Part shown: piece after piece, positions 9,725 to 19,424 of the stretch | Layout of the letters: each line of letters starts with the position of its first letter | How positions within the stretch are numbered: position 1 is the stretch's first letter | Made by a program: the position numbers and the translations under genes | Virus record (IMG/VR): IMGVR_UViG_3300021440_000013 | Coordinates: 1 to 64,000 of that record | Length of the DNA: 64,000 bases | Strand: one strand, 5' to 3' | Notes under the pieces: generated by a model | What the model was told of the DNA's origin: nothing | Database searches by the model: none | The model's input: the letters and a program-made list of their open reading frames with translations, nothing else

Positions 9725-11401
9725 ATGCCCAGTGTTAGTACCACGCTTCCCGATATTGAACAATCGGTTGCTCGACCCATTATCTTCACTGTCGTCAACC
9801 AAATCTTTGATATCACGGGTCTTTCTAAAGACACCGAAGTGATTTATGCGGGTGTCAGAAACGTGGTGCGTGCACCTGGCACCACGATCGATGACGAAGG
9901 TGATAAGGATGCTAAATTTCAGGCAAGCAGGATGACCTTTGTCGAGGTGGATGAAACGTATAATCCCGCAGCGATGCAGGAGATCCATACGCATTCTTTC
10001 GAACACATCCCTGTTTTTGAAGATAACGCACTTTGTTTTTCACTACGTCCCATTTACACCCCGTCTGATGTTGAGATTAAAATTCGGTATCGCTCAAACA
10101 GCGAGACCGAAGTGAAGCGTTGGCAAGCCGAGATGTTTCTTAAGAGCAGTCGTGGCCAAGACGTTAATCTTCACACGGTCGAATATAGCTACCCAATCCC
10201 ATATGGCTTTTTAATGCTGGTTGAGGATGTGTGGAAACTACGCGAAGCGGTATCGCCTTATGGGCAAAGCTTTAAAGAGTACATGCTCACGCACAGTACG
10301 GATCGCCTGACGGTGCTTTCTAATCAAGCGGGTGAGTATGGACACCTTGTGGTCAAAGAGAAACAAACCCGGATTCAGGGGTTCTTTGATTTTGTTGCTG
10401 TACCTGAAAAACCTTCGCGGGACGAAGAGACCGGAACATGGGAAATCAACTTCGTCTATAGGTTTAACTACCAGCGCCCCGATGCGGTATTTATACATTA
10501 CCCGATCAGTGTGCATAACCAACTTATCCCCGAGCGGTATGTGGAACACATCGGAAGTGAGCCAGATCCGTTCTTTCAAAATCCGACCTATTCAAAGAGC
10601 TATGCGGCTTTAAATTATTTTGAAGCTGACACGATCGCGATGCAGGTGCGTGCTCCACATCCAATCATCAAGATCCCAAGCTATGATGATTTTAAGTTTG
10701 GTAACACCGCCCCTGGTACGGCCAGTGTGATTTCGGCACTGTGTTTTATCGAGGAGGATAAAAAGACACTCCTCGATTTAAACTATCTGGATGAGTTTAT
10801 CATTGATTCGGATATCATGACCTTTCTTAAAGGTGAATATCCCTACATGACAAAGCTCTATCATTCAGTTTTTCACATCGCGCTTTACTGCGGTGAATAC
10901 CCAATGGTCGATACCAGTATTGAAGTCACGCCCGACCTGGTTGTGAAAGCAACGCGTGAACTTGACCCACGCAAGGTCTATCACTTGCGGATTTCGATGA
11001 TGGTCGAAATCCAGATGTTGGTGAAAAGTGCACTGGATCGTTTGGCACTCTACCCTAGGGCGTTTACGAAGGTCATTTCAGCCATCAATGACCTTTTAAG
11101 AATCAATCCTGATTTTAATCACCTGGCCAATAAAAACCATATTGAGCCGTGGGAATTGACGAGCGTTTATAGAATCCTCACAGGAGGGCTTAGAACGAAC
11201 GCTATGGGACTTTCGACCTCTTTGGTAAGCTATGAGGTAGATAGCTTAAATAAATGGCCACACGGGCTTAAAAACGATTTTCTCTCCGATATCGATCAAC
11301 GCACGGTCAGAGAGTATCTGAGGCAAAAACGACGAGGTCAATTGACGGTGATGTTTGCAGGGATCATTGTGCATAAACTTCCATTGAGTAAAGTGGCATA
11401 A
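9725..11401 (+). CDS. Virion structural protein (phiKZ-like, possibly gp101-like)
   Basis: 558 aa, SD AGGAG; N-terminus (SVARPII..V) resembles conserved jumbo-phage virion proteins. Confidence 0.55.
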   Translation: MPSVSTTLPDIEQSVARPIIFTVVNQIFDITGLSKDTEVIYAGVRNVVRAPGTTIDDEGDKDAKFQASRMTFVEVDETYNPAAMQEIHTHSFEHIPVFEDNALCFSLRPIYTPSDVEIKIRYRSNSETEVKRWQAEMFLKSSRGQDVNLHTVEYSYPIPYGFLMLVEDVWKLREAVSPYGQSFKEYMLTHSTDRLTVLSNQAGEYGHLVVKEKQTRIQGFFDFVAVPEKPSRDEETGTWEINFVYRFNYQRPDAVFIHYPISVHNQLIPERYVEHIGSEPDPFFQNPTYSKSYAALNYFEADTIAMQVRAPHPIIKIPSYDDFKFGNTAPGTASVISALCFIEEDKKTLLDLNYLDEFIIDSDIMTFLKGEYPYMTKLYHSVFHIALYCGEYPMVDTSIEVTPDLVVKATRELDPRKVYHLRISMMVEIQMLVKSALDRLALYPRAFTKVISAINDLLRINPDFNHLANKNHIEPWELTSVYRILTGGLRTNAMGLSTSLVSYEVDSLNKWPHGLKNDFLSDIDQRTVREYLRQKRRGQLTVMFAGIIVHKLPLSKVA

Positions 11402-11403
11402 GT

Positions 11404-11434
11404 TGACGAGGAGGGCACTAAGCCCTCCTCGTCA
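11404..11434. terminator. Bidirectional terminator hairpin
   Basis: TGACGAGGAGGGC-ACTAA-GCCCTCCTCGTCA between convergent genes. Confidence 0.8.
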
Positions 11435-11435
11435 G

Positions 11436-11912
11436 TCACGACCCTTTTAAAGAGTCTTTTAACACCTGCTCAGCATTTTCTACCGCCTTCACTTTTCTCT
11501 CATGGACCGTGTCAGTTATTTCACGAAGCATCTTTGTCATATAACACGGCAGATTCAAGAATTCCGTCAGGTTCAACCCCCAGATCTCCTTGTAATTCTT
11601 CTCAGCGTAGTTAATCAAAGAATCATACAGCATTCCACCCTCAGTAAAGTTCTCCGAAGGATGCATCGCTACGCTCGCTAGCGGTCTAGCATCAGAAGGC
11701 TCACGTGGACTCAGGTGGTCGTATATCCCATAGCGTGTTTCATATTGATCGTACATGACGATCTTACTATCCACGCGGTTAAGGGCAGGTAGATTTTCAA
11801 GGGCATGCTCAATCAGATCTCTCGGATCTCGATCTAACCCAAAGGTCAGATCGAGAATAGAGCGCTTTACCGATTGTCGGCTCGTCCAAGACGCTGAGCG
11901 ACTAGGGCGAAA
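11436..11912 (-). CDS. Probable -1 frameshift extension (gpGT/E'-like tail chaperone C-terminal part)
   Basis: Frame is open from ~11960 to the stop at 11436; annotated GTG 11774 has no SD; IWGLNLTEFLNLP motif. Confidence 0.65.
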   Translation of the reverse strand, partial: FRPSRSASWTSRQSVKRSILDLTFGLDRDPRDLIEHALENLPALNRVDSKIVMYDQYETRYGIYDHLSPREPSDARPLASVAMHPSENFTEGGMLYDSLINYAEKNYKEIWGLNLTEFLNLPCYMTKMLREITDTVHERKVKAVENAEQVLKDSLKGS

Positions 11913-13495
11913 AAAACCTGAAGGATATCGATAGGAATAATCGAAGCGTGCCTCGGGTACTCATCCGAGGGCGCTTGAGGTTTTCCACACACCGGGCAAT
12001 CAAAGGACGGCACACCGATAACAGCGAGTGTCGATTCATTAATGTACTTGATCGTCTCATCCGTAAAGGCTTCACGAATAGAGTCGGTCGCTGAGAGAAC
12101 GCTTAGGACGTTCTCAATGGTTTCTCGGTCAGTGATGAGTTTGATTGAAGCCTCATCACCGCCTTCTTCGTTAAACTGACCGTATTCAATTGAATCCACC
12201 CAGTGAATGTATTGCCGAAGACTGGTGGCTTTACTGACACGGTTGATTTCGTTGTTACGATCTTCAACCGAGGCGTTCATTTCAAGCGCAGCGCTGATAC
12301 TCTCAACGATGCCTCCGATCCAGCGGTGGCCTTGTTCGATGTACTCGGTTATCGTTGGCGTTTTGAGTGTAAACGCCAACTCATGTTTAGTGCCCTTATT
12401 GACCGTGATGCGTCTTTTCTGTGAAAGCTTGAGCTCGTCTTTGTAACGCTTGATCGAATCAAGACTTTTTGAATTGGCAGACATACCCGTCATGTGGGTC
12501 TTTTGCCAATCGGTCAGTGCGGATTCATCGACCCATTGAAGCTTGGTGATGTTGAGGGTTTCTTCAACCACATGGGTGCACTTAGTCGGGTCAACTACGC
12601 AGCCGGTCGAGTAATGAAAACCGCTTGGGTAGTTGGCAGAGAGAAAACCCCAGATAAAGCTGTAGATGTCCTGCGGCGCTACCCAGTTTTTAAGTTCAGA
12701 GAGCGGAAGCTCCTCAGAGCGCACGCTGGTGTTATACACATGGCGCAAGGCGAACTCGAAAACCCGATCGAGCGTGTAAACGATGTTGTTAGATAACGCC
12801 AAGCCGTAGCTGTAGCGACCCATCTTGATCTTGTCTGATGCGATTGCGCGGTTGAGCTCCAGAAGCTCAACCTCCGTAGCGGGCTTAAAGGTTACCCAGA
12901 TACCACTGTTCCAAAGCGGGGTTCTAAAGAGACCCCCCACACCAAGGTGAGAGACGATCTGCAAAAGTGCAGCTTCGCCTTCGATCTCTCTGGTACCCGC
13001 TTCTTTTTTAAAGCTGGGTGCGATACCCCGAAGCTTAGTGCCGTTGTGTTCAACCTGCTGTTTAAAGCTGGCGCCAACCTGCGTAAGACGTGAATTATAG
13101 AAGTTGCCTTCGGGCAAAAAACGCAGGCTCTCATGCATCACGTAAAGCCACTTGCGCTGATTCTTACTGACGACATTATCGACGTTAGGCTGGTTGTTAA
13201 GCCTCGCTTCGATTTCATCCGCCGCTGCCGGAGGAATCATCACCATGTCGGGCGTGCCTTTTTCACGCGCCGAGCTCGTCGGGTAGTCCTGTAGCGCATT
13301 TTCAACGCGATTAAAGCTCTGTAAAGGAACTTCGGGTTTTGTTTCCTGAGACGAGGTTTCTTCAGTGGAAACCTCGTTAGCAGAAACCGGCTCCTTAACC
13401 TCAGGCTCCGCGCCCTTGGCTTCCAGATCACTTACGATCGGCTCACCCGCCTCAACTTCAGGCTCAGTGGACGCACCGTTATTTTCATTACTCAT
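11867..13495 (-). CDS. Conserved phiKZ-like protein (gp77-like position); probable tail/baseplate assembly chaperone (gpG-like)
   Basis: 542 aa, acidic N-terminus, CPVCG near the C-terminus, LQVFF encoded by a slippery T run. Confidence 0.6.
   Translation of the reverse strand: MSNENNGASTEPEVEAGEPIVSDLEAKGAEPEVKEPVSANEVSTEETSSQETKPEVPLQSFNRVENALQDYPTSSAREKGTPDMVMIPPAAADEIEARLNNQPNVDNVVSKNQRKWLYVMHESLRFLPEGNFYNSRLTQVGASFKQQVEHNGTKLRGIAPSFKKEAGTREIEGEAALLQIVSHLGVGGLFRTPLWNSGIWVTFKPATEVELLELNRAIASDKIKMGRYSYGLALSNNIVYTLDRVFEFALRHVYNTSVRSEELPLSELKNWVAPQDIYSFIWGFLSANYPSGFHYSTGCVVDPTKCTHVVEETLNITKLQWVDESALTDWQKTHMTGMSANSKSLDSIKRYKDELKLSQKRRITVNKGTKHELAFTLKTPTITEYIEQGHRWIGGIVESISAALEMNASVEDRNNEINRVSKATSLRQYIHWVDSIEYGQFNEEGGDEASIKLITDRETIENVLSVLSATDSIREAFTDETIKYINESTLAVIGVPSFDCPVCGKPQAPSDEYPRHASIIPIDILQVFFALVAQRLGRADNR
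11909..11915 (-). promoter_or_regulatory. -1 programmed frameshift slippery heptamer T TTT TTC
   Basis: Minus strand CAG GTT TTT TTC GCC; the -1 frame continues into the 11436 ORF; hairpin 6 nt downstream. Confidence 0.7.
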
Positions 13496-14030
13496 CTTGC
13501 TTTTCCTTCACATCGATAACTTCAGCGTTTTCTTTATCAAGTTTTGCTTGAGCGCGATCCTTAGCTTCAAGCGCAAACTCAGTAAAGGTGATCAGGGTGT
13601 GCTGCATGGTTCCGTTTAGGTGTGCGCTAAACTGTTGATAGTTTTCAAAAAGATTAATGCACAGTGATAGCTCATCATTACTCCTGACGATCCCGTGTTT
13701 GGTGTTGTGTTGATTACGGATCTTGATAAAATCATCCGTAAACTTATTAAGATCACGATTAACGGCTTCAACCGCGATGTTAAACTCACGCACATGCGTG
13801 CAGCCATAGTGACGCACAAGCTGCGCGGTTTCATGTACTTCAGAAGCAATCGTGCTAATCTGATTAGCGATCGCTTCTGAGATTTCGTTGAGCTCTTCCC
13901 ACGTTTGCTGGGCGACTTTACTCACATCGCCTTGCGTGATTAAGGATTTTGCATGAACACTTGGATACGCCGCCGCTACCAACGTAGCGCCCACGCTGGG
14001 CATAATCATCTTAAGCGTGTTTTTTTTCAT
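13488..14030 (-). CDS. Hypothetical helical protein
   Basis: 180-aa ORF overlapping the start of the next gene. Confidence 0.65.
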   Translation of the reverse strand: MKKNTLKMIMPSVGATLVAAAYPSVHAKSLITQGDVSKVAQQTWEELNEISEAIANQISTIASEVHETAQLVRHYGCTHVREFNIAVEAVNRDLNKFTDDFIKIRNQHNTKHGIVRSNDELSLCINLFENYQQFSAHLNGTMQHTLITFTEFALEAKDRAQAKLDKENAEVIDVKEKQDE

Positions 14031-14202
14031 GATCTTTAGTTTCCAATTGGTTTAAGTGCGTTGATGAGGGTATCTTGTGACTTTTTGGATCAAGTTAATC
14101 CAAACCTAATACTTGGGTGCGGCGCGAGTTCTTTCGCTCATAAACATTGGTTTAACGTGTTATATTTTTACTCAATCTTTCTTTGAAGGGCGTGTTCTCA
14201 CT

Positions 14203-15090
14203 ATGGACCAAAACACCCAAGAACTCATCGATACCTACATCGATGAGAATTTCAGCAGTGAGCTACAAAAAGACTTAAACGATCTACTGGCCCTCTGTGA
14301 TGCGTTTGAATACAGTGCGCTTTATCGTGAATTCCCCGATGTGATCTATGACGTTGAGGCGGAGGACAAAGATCAGACACGTCTTAAAGTGCTCTCGCTT
14401 TTTATCGAAGCGAGTGATGCGCTTTTTTCTGCACACCAAATCAAAGTCGTTGATTTCGCTACGCTCAGCGAACGAAATCAGATCCTCTCTGTGCTCCATG
14501 TTTTGCAGTCAATCGAAGATCCAACACCTGTCTTACGTATCCTCGAATCTTCTTTTTCTGAGGAAGAGCAGTTTGGTAAGATCATTGAGAGTTACTCCAC
14601 ACTCGACTTAGCAAGGGTGCTCACAGTGGTTGAATCGATCGACCCATCGACACTCAAACTCTTACAGAAGCTTCTCTATCAAAAAGAAGAGCTGATAGAG
14701 GAGGTTGGGACACTCACAGAAGAAGTTAAAGCCCGGCTTGTGAGTAATTTGAAAGATTTCTTTCATGTTCATGGGGACGACAATATTGCTTTTGAGATGA
14801 TCCAGAACGGCATCACGATTGGTTTTCCACTCAGGCTTTATTACCCGTATGTGGGTGAACATCTGGTGCTTGAAAGCGATGAGGCCACCGCCAAGAATCT
14901 ACTCTCATTCTTTTTCATGTCGTACGATACCTTTAATGACCCTCTGAAAGTGTATTACGCACACAGCGAGAGTCTCTTAGGTGGGAAGGGACATAACCGA
15001 ATCCAGAAGGTTGAGCAGCTTTTGATGAAGCTGCTCAGTGATTTACGGAGTTATCAGAAAGCTAAAGATGACGCAGCGCGTCTAGGCTAA
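14203..15090 (+). CDS. Conserved hypothetical protein (gp79-like position)
   Basis: Likely ATG 14203 (MDQNTQ) within ORF 14113..15090; directly precedes the RNAP subunit. Confidence 0.6.
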   Translation: MDQNTQELIDTYIDENFSSELQKDLNDLLALCDAFEYSALYREFPDVIYDVEAEDKDQTRLKVLSLFIEASDALFSAHQIKVVDFATLSERNQILSVLHVLQSIEDPTPVLRILESSFSEEEQFGKIIESYSTLDLARVLTVVESIDPSTLKLLQKLLYQKEELIEEVGTLTEEVKARLVSNLKDFFHVHGDDNIAFEMIQNGITIGFPLRLYYPYVGEHLVLESDEATAKNLLSFFFMSYDTFNDPLKVYYAHSESLLGGKGHNRIQKVEQLLMKLLSDLRSYQKAKDDAARLG

Positions 15091-15104
15091 GAGGTCACTG
15101 AAAA

Positions 15105-16415
15105 ATGAAACTGATCGACTATCTTCTCTTTGCGATTCAAGAGAAGTGTTATAAAAAGAAAGCCTGGGTGATAAGCGTCTTTTCAATTACCCAAGAGAGC
15201 GATGAACAAAAGAAAAACACCTATCCCGGCAAGCTAATACGTGAGCCGTTTGGTTTCTTTACCGTCACCAAAGAGAATGAGAAAGTTCAGATCGAGACGA
15301 AGAATCCTTTGACCGAACCGCTTTTGACGATCAAAGAGCGTCTGACAATCACCAAGGCCTGGATCGGTTCGTTACGGGAAGACAGTTTAGAGACGAGTAT
15401 TGGCACCCTCTTGGTCAACCTCATCTGCCTTTACGAAGCATTTGGGGATAAGTTCCCGTATAAGGCGGGAACTTTTAGCCCTAAGGATCTTGAAAAAGAG
15501 ATCGTTAAAAAACTCCAAGACACGCCTAAGCCTGGCGCGGCTCGTGAAGAAGGGGTGTATTATGTCGACGAATATCTAAAGTTCTGTGAAGGTATTCTTT
15601 TTCTAGAGAGCTTTACACAGATCTTTACGCACTCCATCACTCGCCAAGGTCTTCTTCCGGCGCCTGGGCGTAAAGCTTTTCGTGAGGAGTTGGTTAAGAA
15701 GTATGGCGACACCCTGCGCGACCCGGTCACGATGGCTAAGTTTGAAGCTGAACTATCGGCTTTTGATAAAGCGTACTTAAAGAGCGATCCTGCCTATGGT
15801 AAATTCATGTCTGGCAAGGTGGCTAAGAGCCGCATGAAGGCCTACATGACCCAGGGCGGTGAATCGAATAGCTTTATCCAGGCCATGGAGGTTACGCCCA
15901 TCGTCCAGCCACTGGAGGAGGGTTTCCCGATCGATAAAGAAGGCTTCACGGCCGTATCTAACACGATCCGTTATGGTTCTTTTTCACGAGGCTCAGAGAC
16001 CGTGAACGGCGGCGTCACCGCTAAAGCACTGATGCGTGCCGCAGACAACTGGAAGATCACCGAAGGCGACTGTGGAACAACCCTGGGTATCCGGCGTCTT
16101 TATCGAGAAAATGAAATCGAACACCTCGTCGGGCGCTATGTTATTCAAAACGGAAAGAGCGTTGTCATCGAGACGATGGATCAGGCACGCGCCTTTATCA
16201 ACCAGAAAATTGTTCTGAGAAGCCCACAATACTGTAGGAGAAGTGGCACACAAACCTGTGAGGTCTGTGCCGGGCTTGCACTTGCTAAGTACCCCACTGG
16301 CCTGCCGATCCCTCTTATGGAGGTCTCCGGCGGCATCCTAACCGACAGTCTTAAGTTGATGCACAACACAACGCTCGTAACCGAAGTCGTGCATCTGCCC
16401 AGTGTAATCACCTAA
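15105..16415 (+). CDS. rpoC: Virion RNA polymerase beta-prime C-terminal-part subunit (phiKZ gp80-like)
   Basis: ITEGDCGT..LRSPQYC..TCEVCAG beta-prime Zn-binding motif; LKLMH trigger-loop-like end. Confidence 0.85.
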   Translation: MKLIDYLLFAIQEKCYKKKAWVISVFSITQESDEQKKNTYPGKLIREPFGFFTVTKENEKVQIETKNPLTEPLLTIKERLTITKAWIGSLREDSLETSIGTLLVNLICLYEAFGDKFPYKAGTFSPKDLEKEIVKKLQDTPKPGAAREEGVYYVDEYLKFCEGILFLESFTQIFTHSITRQGLLPAPGRKAFREELVKKYGDTLRDPVTMAKFEAELSAFDKAYLKSDPAYGKFMSGKVAKSRMKAYMTQGGESNSFIQAMEVTPIVQPLEEGFPIDKEGFTAVSNTIRYGSFSRGSETVNGGVTAKALMRAADNWKITEGDCGTTLGIRRLYRENEIEHLVGRYVIQNGKSVVIETMDQARAFINQKIVLRSPQYCRRSGTQTCEVCAGLALAKYPTGLPIPLMEVSGGILTDSLKLMHNTTLVTEVVHLPSVIT

Positions 16416-16432
16416 GAAAGAGATAGACAGCT

Positions 16433-17182
16433 ATGAACAACGGGACGACTTTCCCAAACTTCTCTGGTCAAGACGAACGTCCCAGTGCTGGGGGCGGTGA
16501 GCAGCGGTCTTGGAGTGGCAATGGCGCTAACACGCCTCGCAACAATGAACAAAGACAGTGGGGTGGTGAGAAAAAGGCTTGGGGTGGTGGAGGCGGTGGT
16601 AACCGCACTTTCCAACGCGCACCTGAGACCGACATGACGCTCTACAAACCCTACGCCGTTGTTTCTAACAACGATACGCCCCAACCGATCCTGGATCGTT
16701 TTATCGAGATCGCTAAGCGTCTTGACGCACTCGGTTACACTGCGCGTGTCGGGGGAAATAACAGTGGCGTGGATCAGCTGGTCGAGGACACCGTGTCTAA
16801 GAAGGAGGTGATTCTTCCTTGGCGTGGTTTTAACGACAAAGAGTCAAAACTGACCTTTACGCTTGAGCGCGCCAAAGCGGTAGCCAAGCAGTTTCATCCG
16901 GTTTACGAGTCGATGAGCGATGGCGTTAAGATGTTTCTTGCGCGTAACGCACGTCTCGTGATGGGTGACAAAATGGTCAACCCCGCCCTCTTTGTTTTGT
17001 GCTGGACTGAAGATGGTGTGGAGACATATCGTGAACGCAACAGCAGGTCTGGCAATGCTGGCCATCCGATCGCTATCGCTTCTGCGGCAGGTATCCAAGT
17101 CTTCAACTTGGGTAAACCTGGCGCCTATGAGCGACTGAACATGTATCTGGAAGAGCGCCGCAACGAGCAGCCTGTACTTTAA
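16433..17182 (+). CDS. DprA/Smf-like (SLOG family) nucleotide-binding protein
   Basis: GYTARVGG..GVD, ILPWRGFN, ARNARLVMG, VLCWT.DG, IQVFNL motifs. Confidence 0.7.
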   Translation: MNNGTTFPNFSGQDERPSAGGGEQRSWSGNGANTPRNNEQRQWGGEKKAWGGGGGGNRTFQRAPETDMTLYKPYAVVSNNDTPQPILDRFIEIAKRLDALGYTARVGGNNSGVDQLVEDTVSKKEVILPWRGFNDKESKLTFTLERAKAVAKQFHPVYESMSDGVKMFLARNARLVMGDKMVNPALFVLCWTEDGVETYRERNSRSGNAGHPIAIASAAGIQVFNLGKPGAYERLNMYLEERRNEQPVL

Positions 17183-17195
17183 TAGGTCTTTTAAA

Positions 17196-17978
17196 ATGGC
17201 TAAACGTAACCGAGGACGAGTAATGAACACCCAAGAAGCAGCCCAATCCGAACAAACTGAATTTCCTTCTACCGAAGGTGAAGTGAACACTGACACCGCT
17301 GTGCAAGACGGCGCGCTCGAGGCTACGGAAGCCGCGCAGGAAAGTGGTGCGAAAGAGCCCGCTATCCCGGCACCGGAACCGGAAGTAAAGCAGCCTGAAG
17401 TCAGTGTGGTCGAAACGGTAAAAGAAACCGTTGTGCTCACGCCTGAACCTGTGGTGGATACCGAAGCGCTTGCACCCGAAAAGAGCGTTCAGCTGACCGA
17501 TGAAGAAGCCTACATCGAGAAGATTCGTACCGAAGGAACGGTTGAGCAAAAGCGCATTCTTGCGGCCGTGGAGAGCTTTTCAGAAAAGCTGAATCCGCGT
17601 CGCCCTGCAACCGACGCAATCATCAACGAAGCCCAGCAAGAGTTCCTTGGCCATCTTCAGTGGGCACTCAACAAAGACTACGAAGTCTTTCGTCAGGTCT
17701 GGAACGTGATCTTGGTGTATTTTGCTATCCATCACGGCAAACCCACCCAGGCCAACTACAGCGCGATCTCTGAGTACAGCACCAATCGCTCCCTCCATTC
17801 GTGGAGTAAGGGTGAAGAGAAGTGTGACGCTTACAGAAACCTGCTGACGTTGATTCGCATGACGCGCCATTCAGCGACCCGCAAACATGACGTGAAGGCC
17901 GTCTCCTTGGAAAAGATCGCTCCGAACGTCGTAGCCCAAAAGCAGCTGGAAAACCTGCAAAAGTTCTACCAGTCGTAA
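17196..17978 (+). CDS. Hypothetical protein with acidic low-complexity N-terminus
   Basis: 260-aa ORF with coding codon bias. Confidence 0.65.
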   Translation: MAKRNRGRVMNTQEAAQSEQTEFPSTEGEVNTDTAVQDGALEATEAAQESGAKEPAIPAPEPEVKQPEVSVVETVKETVVLTPEPVVDTEALAPEKSVQLTDEEAYIEKIRTEGTVEQKRILAAVESFSEKLNPRRPATDAIINEAQQEFLGHLQWALNKDYEVFRQVWNVILVYFAIHHGKPTQANYSAISEYSTNRSLHSWSKGEEKCDAYRNLLTLIRMTRHSATRKHDVKAVSLEKIAPNVVAQKQLENLQKFYQS

Positions 17979-17989
17979 TCACCACTAAC

Positions 17990-18022
17990 GAGATGAGAGA
18001 GGGTTTAGCCCTCTCTCATCTC
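17990..18022. terminator. Terminator-like hairpin
   Basis: GAGATGAGAGAGGG-TTTAG-CCCTCTCTCATCTC. Confidence 0.75.
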
Positions 18023-18059
18023 AAGTCAGTAAATTCTTTTTAACCTCTGAGATAGTCTG

Positions 18060-18260
18060 GTGGAATGAATCTACTCGGCTAACACTCACTAGCTGAAACA
18101 CTGTGTTAGTTTTCTTACTAGAACGCTAGCACAGGAGCATGAGTATTTTTTCATACGTAAGAAAACAATGCTGCACGTGTCAGCGGCACGTGCAGCAACC
18201 TCCCTAGGGTCTACATCATTAGGGAGTGTAAACTTTTTTACCCTTTACGAAAAGAAGTTT
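18060..18260 (+). ncRNA. Candidate structured RNA upstream of tnpB (omega-RNA-like or regulatory leader)
   Basis: Stems CTAACAC/GTGTTAG, GTTTTCTTAC/GTAAGAAAAC, TGCTGCACGTG/CACGTGCAGCA, CTCCCTA/TAGGGAG. Confidence 0.45.
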
Positions 18261-18263
18261 GGT

Positions 18264-19424
18264 ATGGCTAAACCATCTAATCGTATTATCAGAGGTTTTA
18301 AGTATTGTATCCATCCCTCGGAGGAACAAAAGGTAGAGTTAAATTCTATTTTAGAAGACTGCCGACGCATTAGAAACAAAGTCAGCAAAGTCATGCATAC
18401 GTTAATTCCCAGAAATCAAAACTGGGAAGACGTCTTTAAGCTAGAAGATGCACTTAAAGTTGCCCAAGGAATTAAAACCCAGTTCTTTAAAACAACAAGA
18501 GCACCCGCACGTTCACTCACAACAGCCATCGAAATACTTTACCAGCTTCATAAGAAAGCGATTAAGTTGCGTGTTAAGCCGCCAGGCTACAAACACGAAG
18601 AAAGTCACTTGGCGGTTCACTACCCACACGAACTCTATAAGCTCTGTGGCGATCATCTTACACTCTCAGGTATAACGGGCGATATTCGTATAAACCTAAG
18701 CAGACCTATGCCAGATGGTAAAGTTCATAGAGTCGTGGTGAGTCGCGATATCTCTGGAAGGTACTTCATTTCGTTTACGATCTGTTTTGTTAAACAGATC
18801 GAACATGGTGATAAGACCATCGGTCTAGATCTCGGTGTCGATGACCTTGTCACGACGTCTGAAGGGGTTCGCTTCGAAGCTAAACTCAAGGCAACGGATG
18901 TTCAGCTTAAGTTGAACTGGTATTTCGATCTTCTTAGACGCAAGACAGTGATGTCTAGGTCTTGGAAAGCGCTAAAAGAAAAGATCCGCAAATACAAAAC
19001 ATGGGTGATGAATACTCGGATCGAACAGTTCTATGAGATCGCCACTGCTGTTGTAAAATCAGCATCAGCGATTTCGATGGAAAGGCTTAACATCACCAAA
19101 CTTTTGACTCAGCCGCGTCGGGCTTTTCAGATTTCACACTCTGGCTGGAATGATTTGAAACGAATATTGGTTGCTAAAGCCGAAGAAGCACAGATCGTGA
19201 TTGGATTTGTAGGGCAGTATTACCCAAGCACTAAGACGTGTTCACGTTGTGGCTATGTTTTGCCAAAATCACTTCCTCTCACAATTCGTTCATGGCAGTG
19301 TCTTGAGTGCTCTTCAATCCATGATCGCGATGTTAACGCCGCGATAAATATTCGAGACTGTCTTTCGAGCTGGATAAAACGAGGCGTGTATAAAACCCAA
19401 CATAAAGTTGTTCTCTTAAACTAA
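18264..19424 (+). CDS. tnpB: TnpB-family (IS200/IS605) RNA-guided RuvC endonuclease
   Basis: N-terminal FKYCIHPSEEQ HTH, GLDLG (RuvC-I D), SMERLNI (RuvC-II E), STKTCSRCG..WQCLEC Zn ribbon, DRDVNAAINI (RuvC-III D); ATG 18264 likelier than 18168. Confidence 0.92.
   Translation: MAKPSNRIIRGFKYCIHPSEEQKVELNSILEDCRRIRNKVSKVMHTLIPRNQNWEDVFKLEDALKVAQGIKTQFFKTTRAPARSLTTAIEILYQLHKKAIKLRVKPPGYKHEESHLAVHYPHELYKLCGDHLTLSGITGDIRINLSRPMPDGKVHRVVVSRDISGRYFISFTICFVKQIEHGDKTIGLDLGVDDLVTTSEGVRFEAKLKATDVQLKLNWYFDLLRRKTVMSRSWKALKEKIRKYKTWVMNTRIEQFYEIATAVVKSASAISMERLNITKLLTQPRRAFQISHSGWNDLKRILVAKAEEAQIVIGFVGQYYPSTKTCSRCGYVLPKSLPLTIRSWQCLECSSIHDRDVNAAINIRDCLSSWIKRGVYKTQHKVVLLN

Noticed and set aside
18168-18263. 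N-terminal extension of TnpB from ATG 18168
   Set aside because: Lies within strong RNA stems and precedes the conserved HTH start; ATG 18264 fits the family better
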